Of a stretch of 42,312 bases of DNA, positions 1 through 7,650 are shown piece after piece. The position numbers and the translations under genes are program-made. Source of the DNA: a virus (taxonomy: Duplodnaviria > Caudoviricetes); IMG/VR virus record IMGVR_UViG_3300042784_000014, positions 1 to 42,312 of that record. The stretch is one strand, 5' to 3'. The first letter of the stretch is position 1. Each line of letters starts with the position of its first letter. The notes under the pieces are model-generated. The model saw nothing but the letters and a program-made list of their open reading frames with translations. It did not search any database and was not told the origin of the DNA.

Positions 1-1152
1 TTATATTTTGAGGGCATTATCAAGGTGTTTTACAGCTTCTTTTTGCTGATCTGTGTCGTGATGATAATAAATATCCATTGTAGTAGAAATGGTTGAATGA
101 CCTAACATTTTTTGAACGATTTCTGGCCCAACTTTATTATTTACATTTATTGTAGCAAATGTATGTCGCATAATATGGATTTTTGATTTATGAGGAAGAT
201 TAGCCTTTTCAGTTATCTTTTTCATTTTTTTATTTAAACTGGTTGGATAATATCTTTCGCCATCTGGTTTACAGAAGACCAGATCTAAATCATCACCTTT
301 GTAATCTGATCCTAATAACATTCTAAATTCTAGCTGCCAGGTCTTATATTTCTTTAATAGCCCCACAAGTCTCTCAGAAAGCTTTATTTTGCGTCTGCTT
401 GAGTTGTTTTTGGTTTCTTCCTCAATCACAGCACCAACACCTCGTTTGCCAACTAAACGCCTTTTAACCTCCAATATGCCGTTATCTAAATCAATAACAT
501 TCCATGAAAGAGCAAGAGCTTCACTTTTTCTTAAACCTGTATAAAGCATAGTACTGATAAATACGAACATAAAAAAATCATTTTCTTTTGCAGTTTTAAT
601 AATTTCAACTATTTCTTCTTTTTTCATTACTGAAACTTCTTTCTTTTTTGGGGAAGGTGATTCAATTGGATCAAGAGGGTTATGTCTAATCAAATTAAAT
701 TTAACAGCTTTTTTGAAACATTGATTCATTAATACATAGATTTTCTTTAAAGTATTCTCAGATAGCCCCCCCGAACCATTAATTTTGCCCCTAGAACGCT
801 TAATCTGGAAGTATTCTTCTAAATGGACAGGATGTAAGTCCTTTAATTTGATATGGCCTATATCTGGCTTAATATGAGCTTCATATCGTCTTTTATAATT
901 ATCATATGTTGTAGTAGCTACAGTAGGTTTTTTGTGAATTCTTAAATAACGCTCAAAATACTCAGAAACAGTAATATTATTTGGATCAGTTATCTGACCT
1001 TCCTCTTTATCTCTAATCATATTAGCCATCCAATTTTCTGCTTCTTTATATGTGTCTAAAGTCCTGGTCCTTCTTTTTCTTTTGCCCTGAACACCAATTT
1101 CTACAATAGCTTTGTACTTACCATCATCAACTTTTTCAATGTGTGCCATCAC
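1..1152 (-). CDS. int: Tyrosine recombinase / phage integrase
   Basis: Catalytic set GLRKSE (R), TKN (K), HIMRH, LGHS, MDIY (Y); N-terminal arm-binding and core-binding regions; AGGAGG RBS. Start could be the ATG at 1149. Confidence 0.97.
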   Translation of the reverse strand: MMAHIEKVDDGKYKAIVEIGVQGKRKRRTRTLDTYKEAENWMANMIRDKEEGQITDPNNITVSEYFERYLRIHKKPTVATTTYDNYKRRYEAHIKPDIGHIKLKDLHPVHLEEYFQIKRSRGKINGSGGLSENTLKKIYVLMNQCFKKAVKFNLIRHNPLDPIESPSPKKKEVSVMKKEEIVEIIKTAKENDFFMFVFISTMLYTGLRKSEALALSWNVIDLDNGILEVKRRLVGKRGVGAVIEEETKNNSSRRKIKLSERLVGLLKKYKTWQLEFRMLLGSDYKGDDLDLVFCKPDGERYYPTSLNKKMKKITEKANLPHKSKIHIMRHTFATINVNNKVGPEIVQKMLGHSTISTTMDIYYHHDTDQQKEAVKHLDNALKI

Positions 1153-1209
1153 GATTCCTCCTTTATTTTGATTGAATTAGCACAAGTTAAGGTATAATGT
1201 GTTAATTTA

Positions 1210-1223
1210 TATACGTTTGTTCG
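1210..1223. promoter_or_regulatory. Degenerate Firmicute LexA (Cheo) box-like site upstream of int and sce7726
   Basis: TATACGTTTGTTCG: one perfect GTTCG half-site versus consensus CGAACRNRYGTTCG; other half has mismatches. Confidence 0.35.
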
Positions 1224-1392
1224 CTTGCTGTGTAAAAAAAATAAAATTAAGATATAATCAAAAGAGCTTAATAACCAAGAGTTATTTTGTAATGTGATGG
1301 TTTATAACAAACTAAGCATCTTTGACACAGCGCACAAATAATAATAAAATGAATTTAACATAAAAATCAAATTGATAGTAGGTGTTTATATT

Positions 1393-1968
1393 ATGGAAAC
1401 TAGAGATAGTGATATTAGAGTTGCACTCCACCAAAAACTAAATAAAAAATATGAGGATGATTCAGATACAATAATTTTAGATGAGTTAGTTCTCTGTCAT
1501 GGTAAAGCAAGAGCAGATGTAGCAGTTATTAATGGTTCTATGATTGGTTATGAGATTAAAAGTGATCGTGATACTCTAAGAAGGTTACCCAATCAAATTG
1601 AAGCTTATAATAAAATTTTTGATTCAATAACTATAATAACTGGAGAATCTCATCTGGAAGAAGTAAAGAGTGTTATTCCCAATTGGTGGGGCATTAATGT
1701 TGCTACACCTGCTACAAATGGTGAAATTAATATAAATACATATCGAGAATCAAAAAAGAACGATACAGTTGAAGCTTTTGAATTAATAAAGTTTCTTTTG
1801 CGAGATGAATTATTATATTTAATTGATGAATACGGTTTAGAAAAGAAGTATAAAAGGATTCCTAAATTTAAAATTTGGCCATATATTTTAGATAATTTTT
1901 CATTTGAATTTATTAAAGATTATGTTAGGAATTGTTTACAAGCTAGAAAAACTCCTGTAGTTGATTGA
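1393..1968 (+). CDS. sce7726-family PD-(D/E)xK nuclease-like protein
   Basis: Motifs DSDIR, E..RADVAVING..GYEIKSDRDTLRRLPNQ..Y..IFD..P.WWG; ATG 1393 follows AGGTG RBS (ORF track starts at 1372). Confidence 0.85.
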   Translation: METRDSDIRVALHQKLNKKYEDDSDTIILDELVLCHGKARADVAVINGSMIGYEIKSDRDTLRRLPNQIEAYNKIFDSITIITGESHLEEVKSVIPNWWGINVATPATNGEININTYRESKKNDTVEAFELIKFLLRDELLYLIDEYGLEKKYKRIPKFKIWPYILDNFSFEFIKDYVRNCLQARKTPVVD

Positions 1969-2973
1969 CAACAAAAGAAATATGGTGATTAACTGCAATT
2001 TGAACCCAAGATTCTGCATTACCATGATTACAATTTGTATTTTTGCATTTTGTGTTAGCAATATTATTAATTCGTTTGTCACTCCAAGAAAAATCTTTAC
2101 CACAATATATATGATGGTCAACTAAATCTTGTGATAGCTTATGAAATTGTGAGTAATCATATGGTTTATCTTCATCATGCTCGCCTCTAAAGATATACCA
2201 ATTTTCATTATAGGTATATCTAATTGTTGGGATTATTATAACTTTATGGTTAAAACTTGGGTCTTTAGGGTCATCTGATACATAGTCACCAAAAATTAAA
2301 TCGGGATATTTTTCTCTTAATTCTTGCCATATAATAAATTCTTTTCTTGGGTTTTTTATTATGGACCATGCTTGTATTCCAGATAATGTTTCTGGGAAAG
2401 ATGAGCCAGTAATTATCATAGAATTATATTTATTTAATTCGAATTCATTTATTATTGAATCAATAATTGATGTTAAGGTATTTAAAGAACCTTTGGGTAA
2501 TGTTATTTGTTCCAAATCAATTATTAAATCTAAATTATTAACTTCAATATTAATGTTTGTTATAATACTTTTTAATATTTCACTTAAGTTATCAAACTCG
2601 GATAAAGAGATTTTAATTGCTGCATGATTATTAAAAATTTCACTATAATTATTAATAATTTCTATGAATTTTTTTGTTTTATTTGATGTAATAACTGGAG
2701 TAGGGTTAATGTTATGTTTTGGTACTTCTTCAATAAATTCCTTTAAAAAATTTGTTTCTGAAAAATCATTATCCGGAATAAAAGTAGGGTGATAATTTAA
2801 ATAAAAGGGTCTTGATTCGCCCAGTCTCTCTGTATTTGATAAGCATAATCTTCCGGAATAGTTTTTCTCATTATATTAAAAACTGGTTTGCAATGGTCTT
2901 TTGTTTTATCATTTATATGTCGTATTGCTACTCTTTCTCCGCGTTTCCATTTCATAACAGGAACATACTTCAT
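1943..2973 (-). pseudogene. Beta-protein / sce7725-like gene interrupted by a 1-nt frameshift near 2820-2822
   Basis: RBS GGAGG + ATG 2973 gives MKYVPVMKWKRGE..., stopping at 2797. The adjacent frame is open from ~2878 to 1943 (..GESRPFYLN..PTPVI..LIIDLEQI..GSSFP..FGDY..IRYT..W..HH). One extra G in TGG-GGC restores a 343-aa ORF. Confidence 0.85.
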
Positions 2974-2993
2974 AAAATTATCCCTCCATAATT

Positions 2994-3212
2994 TTATAAT
3001 TCATCTTGTCTTTTTAATGCACTTGCTATTTTTGTTTTTATTCTTTCTAAGACATTCTCTTTGGCTTTCTCCATATTTTTGATTACTAGACTAGATTGCT
3101 CGTTAACTACTTCTCCATTTACATTAGCTCTAGCCCAATATCCTATTCTATCATCAGGAAATTTTTCCAAACTAACATAATAACTTTCTCCTTTAACGCT
3201 AACTTCAGGCAT
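2994..3212 (-). CDS. Hypothetical protein, 72 aa
   Basis: ORF with AGGAGG RBS, tightly packed in the leftward operon. Confidence 0.75.
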   Translation of the reverse strand: MPEVSVKGESYYVSLEKFPDDRIGYWARANVNGEVVNEQSSLVIKNMEKAKENVLERIKTKIASALKRQDEL

Positions 3213-3227
3213 ATTAAACCTCCTTAA

Positions 3228-3698
3228 TTAATCTACATTCACAATCTCAACTTTCCAATCACCCATAGCATTAATTTCTAAATAAAAAGTACCAGTTTTA
3301 GGACTATAATATGAGCCTTCTCCAGGTTGCATTTGATTTGCTGCTATGTCAACTAAATTTCCATTACTATCATATAAATATATTTGAAATATATCACCTG
3401 CAGCATTCCACTGAATTTCCCAGGCGCTGTTTGTATTAAAAGGTCTGGTATTTTTTAAACCGTTTCCACTATATTCAGCTATAACTCCACCGGTTGAAGA
3501 GGGGCTGCTATTATCAGCGGAATCAATATTTAATCCACTTACAAATTCATCATAAGCTTCCAGGCGAGCTATATCATTTTCAATTGTAGATATTTCTTCA
3601 AGTTTTTGAAGAATGTTTTCTTTAGACATTTCTTGAGCTAATGCAACAGAAGAGAAGAGGAGACATAAGGTTAGAGTTATAAAAATAAATTTTTTCAT
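3228..3698 (-). CDS. Secreted/periplasmic protein, possible superinfection-exclusion factor
   Basis: Sec signal peptide MKKFIFITLTLCLLFSSVALA-Q, helical segment, Ser-rich linker, beta-rich C-terminal domain; lies in the lysogeny module. Function is inferred. Confidence 0.7.
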   Translation of the reverse strand: MKKFIFITLTLCLLFSSVALAQEMSKENILQKLEEISTIENDIARLEAYDEFVSGLNIDSADNSSPSSTGGVIAEYSGNGLKNTRPFNTNSAWEIQWNAAGDIFQIYLYDSNGNLVDIAANQMQPGEGSYYSPKTGTFYLEINAMGDWKVEIVNVD

Positions 3699-3937
3699 TA
3701 TAATTCCTCCACGTTTTTAGATTTATCAGTTTCGTTATCTTTATTATTACTTTGATTGTTTGGATATTTCCATGTTTTTTTACAATCTTGGCATTGTAAA
3801 TTATTTTTCATAAAGACGGAGCTAAACATTAATAAAATACCAACTATTATACCTAAAATACCAACAGGCGGAATAATTAATAAGAAAATACTTATTCCAG
3901 TTAAAGATAAACCTATAACAGCATAAAAACAACTCCT
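3698..3937 (-). pseudogene. 5'-truncated membrane protein remnant with CxxC
   Basis: Open frame RSCFYAVIGLSLTGISIFLLIIPPVGILGIIVGILLMFSSVFMKNNLQCQDCKKTWKYP..EEL*; stop overlaps the next ATG (TAATG); in-frame TAA at 3938-3940 and no start codon before the TM segments. Confidence 0.6.
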
Positions 3938-3963
3938 TTATGTCGTATTTTTAGATATTCTGT

Positions 3964-3977
3964 CGAATATACGTTCG
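3964..3977. promoter_or_regulatory. LexA (Cheo/SOS) box-like site
   Basis: CGAATATACGTTCG, one mismatch from CGAAC-N4-GTTCG, directly downstream of the ImmA-like gene. Confidence 0.6.
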
Positions 3978-3980
3978 CTT

Positions 3981-4322
3981 TTAACCAAAAAAATTTTCAA
4001 TATTCTCCTTAACAAACTGATCGGCTTCCTTTTCTATCTGACTGTACTGCATGTCCATGCCAATTACATAACCAGCTTCCGGCATATCATACATTATATG
4101 CTCTACTTCGTGTAAGTACACCTCCTTTTGAAGTTCTAGAGTGAGGTTTTGATTAATTATCACGTAGTAATTGTGAGAAGAAGAGAGGTAAACAAAGCCA
4201 TATATTCCTGGATTTAGAGGTATAAATTTTTGGTATATATTATTTTCTCTGGCCCACTCTTGATAATTTATGTATGTTCGCTGGAGAGCTGTACGGTGTT
4301 TTTTCTCTTTCATACAGATCAC
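3981..4322 (-). CDS. ImmA/IrrE-like metallopeptidase (anti-repressor)
   Basis: GFVY..Y.IIN.NL....LHEVEHI (HExxH) ...EKEADQF; downstream of an XRE repressor that lacks an S24 self-cleavage domain. Confidence 0.85.
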   Translation of the reverse strand: MICMKEKKHRTALQRTYINYQEWARENNIYQKFIPLNPGIYGFVYLSSSHNYYVIINQNLTLELQKEVYLHEVEHIMYDMPEAGYVIGMDMQYSQIEKEADQFVKENIENFFG

Positions 4323-4364
4323 TCCTAGATATAAATATTTATAAAATAATGAGGGATAATAAAT

Positions 4365-4607
4365 TTAATCTATATTTTCATCTAAAGCCTTTTTATATTT
4401 TTCTGCCATTTTAATTAGTTCAGGATCATTTAATGCTTTAGCTTTTCCTAACATATAATCTGCTGTAACTACACCATCAAACTCTAAAGCAGATAACATA
4501 CCATTTCCTGCAGATTTATAGTGATTCATTATAGACTTAACAATATTTCGGTATTCTTCAGGATTTCCAACATGTTCACTGAAAACTTCTTCAAATTTAT
4601 TACTCAT
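4365..4607 (-). CDS. Hypothetical protein
   Basis: ORF; ATG 4607 (MSNKF) has an AGGAGG RBS (ORF track starts at 4625). Confidence 0.7.
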   Translation of the reverse strand: MSNKFEEVFSEHVGNPEEYRNIVKSIMNHYKSAGNGMLSALEFDGVVTADYMLGKAKALNDPELIKMAEKYKKALDENID

Positions 4608-4628
4608 ATAATACCTCCTGATCAATTA

Positions 4629-5030
4629 CTATCCCCCATTATTTACTTCTTCATCCTCAATTGCTTTAATTATCCTTATAACCTGCCTAATGCTTGACTC
4701 ATCCATATCTTTAGTTTGCTTAAACAATAATTGTAAATCTTCACGCTGAGATATTTTTTCCCAGGCATCTGAAAGCTCCGGATCGTCTGTAAGAGCTTTT
4801 TTAATTTTATCTGCTGAGGATCTTTCGTCAGTTAATCCCAAAAGATAATCTATACTTACATTAAATAAATCAGACATTTTTTCTAAAGTTTCTGAGTCAG
4901 GGTTGCGTTTATTTGTTTCATACATAGCAATTGTACTAGGAGATAAGTTTAATTCCTTAGCTAATTTTTTCTGGCTTAATTTTCTTTCTTTTCTTAATTT
5001 CTTAAGTCTTTTACTTAACAATATAACCAT
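4629..5030 (-). CDS. XRE-family HTH repressor (CI/ImmR-like)
   Basis: RLKKLRKERKLSQKKLA..STIAMYE..R.P..FNVSIDYLLG; divergent from cro. True start may be TTG 5021. Confidence 0.93.
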   Translation of the reverse strand: MVILLSKRLKKLRKERKLSQKKLAKELNLSPSTIAMYETNKRNPDSETLEKMSDLFNVSIDYLLGLTDERSSADKIKKALTDDPELSDAWEKISQREDLQLLFKQTKDMDESSIRQVIRIIKAIEDEEVNNGG

Positions 5031-5060
5031 CTCCTAAATTTACAGTATATTATAAAATTA

Positions 5061-5177
5061 TCACAATTAGTGATAATTAACAACTAAACTCACGAAAAGT
5101 AATATTATTTCAAAATAATCCTTGACAAACTCACAATAAGTGATTATAATTATAAATAAGTTAATCACGTTATGTGA
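5061..5177. promoter_or_regulatory. Four repressor/Cro operators TCAC-N5-GTGA
   Basis: 5061-5073 TCACAATTAGTGA, 5090-5102 TCACGAAAAGTAA, 5131-5143 TCACAATAAGTGA, 5165-5177 TCACGTTATGTGA. Confidence 0.85.
5122..5150 (+). promoter_or_regulatory. Consensus sigma-A lytic promoter driving cro
   Basis: TTGACA (5122-5127) - 17 bp - TATAAT (5145-5150), with an operator in the spacer. Confidence 0.9.
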
Positions 5178-5199
5178 GCAAATCAAGGGAGGTGTTTAA

Positions 5200-5427
5200 A
5201 TGGATAAGTTAGCAAAACTAAGAAAAAAAGAAGGATTAACACAGGAGCAATTAGCTGAAAAAGTCGGATTGTCAACTAGTTCGATTGCTATGTATGAGAC
5301 AGGAGATAGAAAACCTCCATTAGAAAAAGCAAAAGTGTTGGCAGATTTTTTCGGTGTATCAATAGAAGATATTTTTTTTAACAGCAAACCTCACGAATGT
5401 GTAGTAAATGAAAATGTAAGTGCTTAA
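5200..5427 (+). CDS. Cro-like XRE HTH regulator
   Basis: LRKKEGLTQEQLAEKVG..SIAMYETG.R.P..IEDIFF; GGAGGTG RBS. Confidence 0.92.
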   Translation: MDKLAKLRKKEGLTQEQLAEKVGLSTSSIAMYETGDRKPPLEKAKVLADFFGVSIEDIFFNSKPHECVVNENVSA

Positions 5428-5435
5428 ACTTTAAC

Positions 5436-5603
5436 TTATTTCGATGTTTTCTCGATAGTATCAAATATCTTTTTGTAAAACTTACATGTTTCATTAGCAA
5501 ATGATTTATTTGTTACTTCAGCAGAACCAGTATTTGCAGCTTTTATCAAATTATTATCCATAGCCTTTAAAGTAATTTCTTTAGCGATTTCTTGGGAAGT
5601 CAT
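5436..5603 (-). CDS. Small reverse-strand protein, 55 aa (not in ORF track)
   Basis: Manual translation MTSQEIAKEITLKAMDNNLIK...FYKKIFDTIEKTSK*; AAAGGATG RBS; fills the gap after cro. Confidence 0.7.
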   Translation of the reverse strand: MTSQEIAKEITLKAMDNNLIKAANTGSAEVTNKSFANETCKFYKKIFDTIEKTSK

Positions 5604-5636
5604 AATTATCATCCTTTCTTAGAAATTTGGTAGGAG

Positions 5637-5945
5637 GTGAGAGAAGTGAAAAAAAGTGTAGAAGAGTTATTAGAAGAACAGCTTGAAATGCTTTGTGAGT
5701 CAAATGAAATAATTACTAAATTTGCTGCTAAAAATGAAATTTGTGATTCATTAGTTCAAGTTCATGAGACTGTTAATGATTCTATTATTGAAATAAGTGA
5801 ATTGTTAATTGGAAAGAATCGGATTAAAAAAACTGAATATATTGTGCCTGAGCTGAAGATTAGGACTTCAGCCCAGAAGAATTTTATTCCTGAAGATAGT
5901 GATAATGGAAAGCACTTAAATAGTAAAATGACTACACCTGATTAA
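5637..5945 (+). CDS. Hypothetical protein
   Basis: ORF with AGGAGGTG RBS; start may be the GTG at 5646. Confidence 0.65.
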   Translation: MREVKKSVEELLEEQLEMLCESNEIITKFAAKNEICDSLVQVHETVNDSIIEISELLIGKNRIKKTEYIVPELKIRTSAQKNFIPEDSDNGKHLNSKMTTPD

Positions 5946-6211
5946 AGTCTTTCTTTTAGCCATTTCCAAAACTTGTCTGGAAGATAACCGTAATAATCTG
6001 ATGTTATTTTTGTAATGAATATATGGTCATTACTATCTAAAGCTTGATCAAACACATTATAGATATCTTCTGAATCTTTGTTATAAGTTTCTATCCACCA
6101 TGTTGAATCTAACGGATGAGCCCAATTACCAAAGCTTTTTATGAGCTTTATTAATTCATCATAGTTTTGGCCTTTGGAGTTTAAATCATAAGAAATTTCA
6201 TAAACTGGCAT
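5942..6211 (-). CDS. Small ferredoxin-fold-like protein with Cas2/VapD-like N-terminus
   Basis: YEISYDL motif, S.W, D.ND.IFI; AAAGGAGG RBS and own -10 (TATAAT, 6236-6241 minus). Confidence 0.65.
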   Translation of the reverse strand: MPVYEISYDLNSKGQNYDELIKLIKSFGNWAHPLDSTWWIETYNKDSEDIYNVFDQALDSNDHIFITKITSDYYGYLPDKFWKWLKERL

Positions 6212-6279
6212 AATAACCTCCTTTCTATAACCATAATTATACAGAAAGGAGATAAAACCTTTAAAGGAGGAATGATTTA

Positions 6280-6504
6280 ATGCAAAATATTTTAATAGAT
6301 ATGTTCAAAGAATTTAATCAAAAAAGTAAAGTAATATATTTTGTTGATTTAGTAGCTGGAGAAGTTAAATACTCAAAACCTGACAGTGAGTGTGAGAAGA
6401 TTTGTGCTATCGATGAAGTAAAACAGGCGACTTTAGAAAATGGAATTATTAGTTTAGATGCAGACAAACAATGGAATTTAACAATTGAAGGGCCAAAATT
6501 ATAG
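6280..6504 (+). CDS. Hypothetical protein
   Basis: ORF with AAGGAGG RBS. Confidence 0.7.
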   Translation: MQNILIDMFKEFNQKSKVIYFVDLVAGEVKYSKPDSECEKICAIDEVKQATLENGIISLDADKQWNLTIEGPKL

Positions 6505-6516
6505 GAGGGAAATATA

Positions 6517-6831
6517 ATGCCATTAAATTTTAATTTTGAAAGAGAAAACAGGACTATTACAGTTGAGGCAAAAGAAATTCTGGAAAAGAAAATAGATGCT
6601 GCTATAGCAAAATATCCTACAGGAATGAAGCCTTATCATCTAGAGGAAATAATGAGCTGTTCTAAATCTCAGGTTTATGAGTTTTTAAATAATTATGATA
6701 TACCAGGGGCTAAAAAGTTACCTAGTTTAGGTTGGAGAATACCTAGAGAGACTTTTTTAGCTTGGTGGTTTGGAGAAGAGGTGGTTCATAAAACTAAGGA
6801 TAAACTAAAAAAATCTCAGGTGAGGTATTAG
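6517..6831 (+). CDS. Excisionase-like / MerR-type winged HTH protein
   Basis: LEEIMSCSKSQVYEFL...IPGAKK..GWRIPRETFLAW pattern. Confidence 0.7.
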   Translation: MPLNFNFERENRTITVEAKEILEKKIDAAIAKYPTGMKPYHLEEIMSCSKSQVYEFLNNYDIPGAKKLPSLGWRIPRETFLAWWFGEEVVHKTKDKLKKSQVRY

Positions 6832-6942
6832 TCAGGAAGGGATATTTAAAGTGAGGTGTTATTTCTTAATTTAATTATATGGCACGTTTGGTGCACAAAC
6901 AATTTAAATAAGTGCCATAAAATCAAAAGGGAGGAAAATAAA

Positions 6943-7491
6943 ATGATTCAATCTAGAACTTTAGGTGAAGCAATTAGAGATGGAATGAAAGCTAAAGGAC
7001 TGAAACAAAGCCAGGTTGCTAGAATGTTAAACATTGATCGTACTACTTTATCAAAATATATTAATGGCCATTTAACTATTCCAGATGATATTAAAAGAAA
7101 ACTGGTAGCATATTTACAAAATCCTGTATTAAGAATTAAAGTGTATGGGACGACATCATCAAATATAGTTTTTGATAAAGCTCAGATCGAGTTTTATAAG
7201 ACCAGTATTAAAGCAATTGAAGAATTTGAAGAAGCGATTCAAAGCATTAGAGATGTTTTAAAGTTTGCTTACAATATTAAATCAGAAAATGAAATGACTG
7301 ATGAACAGAAAAATAAATTTCAGCGTATGTTAGATGAAATTGAAGATGCAAATCATGTATGTGACATGCTGGATATTGCAGCTTCAGATTTAGGAGCTGA
7401 TTTAGAAGAAAGAAATAGACGCTGCTATCAAAAATATTTAAGTCGTGGTTATTTAAGTGGGGGAATTGAAAATGAAGCAGTCAATATCTGA
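6943..7491 (+). CDS. XRE HTH regulator with helical C-terminal domain
   Basis: GLKQSQVARMLNIDRTTLSKYING; ATG 6943 has a GGAGG RBS (ORF track starts at 6856). Confidence 0.8.
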   Translation: MIQSRTLGEAIRDGMKAKGLKQSQVARMLNIDRTTLSKYINGHLTIPDDIKRKLVAYLQNPVLRIKVYGTTSSNIVFDKAQIEFYKTSIKAIEEFEEAIQSIRDVLKFAYNIKSENEMTDEQKNKFQRMLDEIEDANHVCDMLDIAASDLGADLEERNRRCYQKYLSRGYLSGGIENEAVNI

Positions 7492-7639
7492 TCAAGAAAA
7501 AAAGTTTCATTATTGTGATGACTGTATTAAAAATCCAGAAAGTTGTGGCAAGGATCCATTAAAATGTAGGAAAGAAAAAGAAGCAGAATTGTATTTTGAA
7601 CTCTATGATAAACCTATATCAGGGTTTAACAGAATTTAA
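7472..7639 (+). CDS. Small Cys-rich hypothetical protein
   Basis: CxxC..C..C; overlaps the upstream stop; ATG 7472. Confidence 0.55.
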   Translation: MKQSISDQEKKFHYCDDCIKNPESCGKDPLKCRKEKEAELYFELYDKPISGFNRI

Positions 7640-7650
7640 AGGAGGTAAAG

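Noticed and set aside
1943-2515. 190-aa ORF as a complete gene
   Set aside because: The TTG start has no RBS and the frame stays open ~360 nt upstream; it is the 3' part of the frameshifted Beta-like gene.
2861-2870. Programmed frameshift at the A5 run in the Beta-like gene
   Set aside because: Not a correctly phased X-XXY-YYZ heptamer; a simple indel explains the sequence better.
5391-5403. Fifth operator at the cro 3' end (TCACGAATGTGTA)
   Set aside because: Only the left half-site matches at the right spacing; too weak to call.
5942-6211. CRISPR-Cas locus
   Set aside because: No repeat-spacer array or other cas genes seen anywhere in the window.
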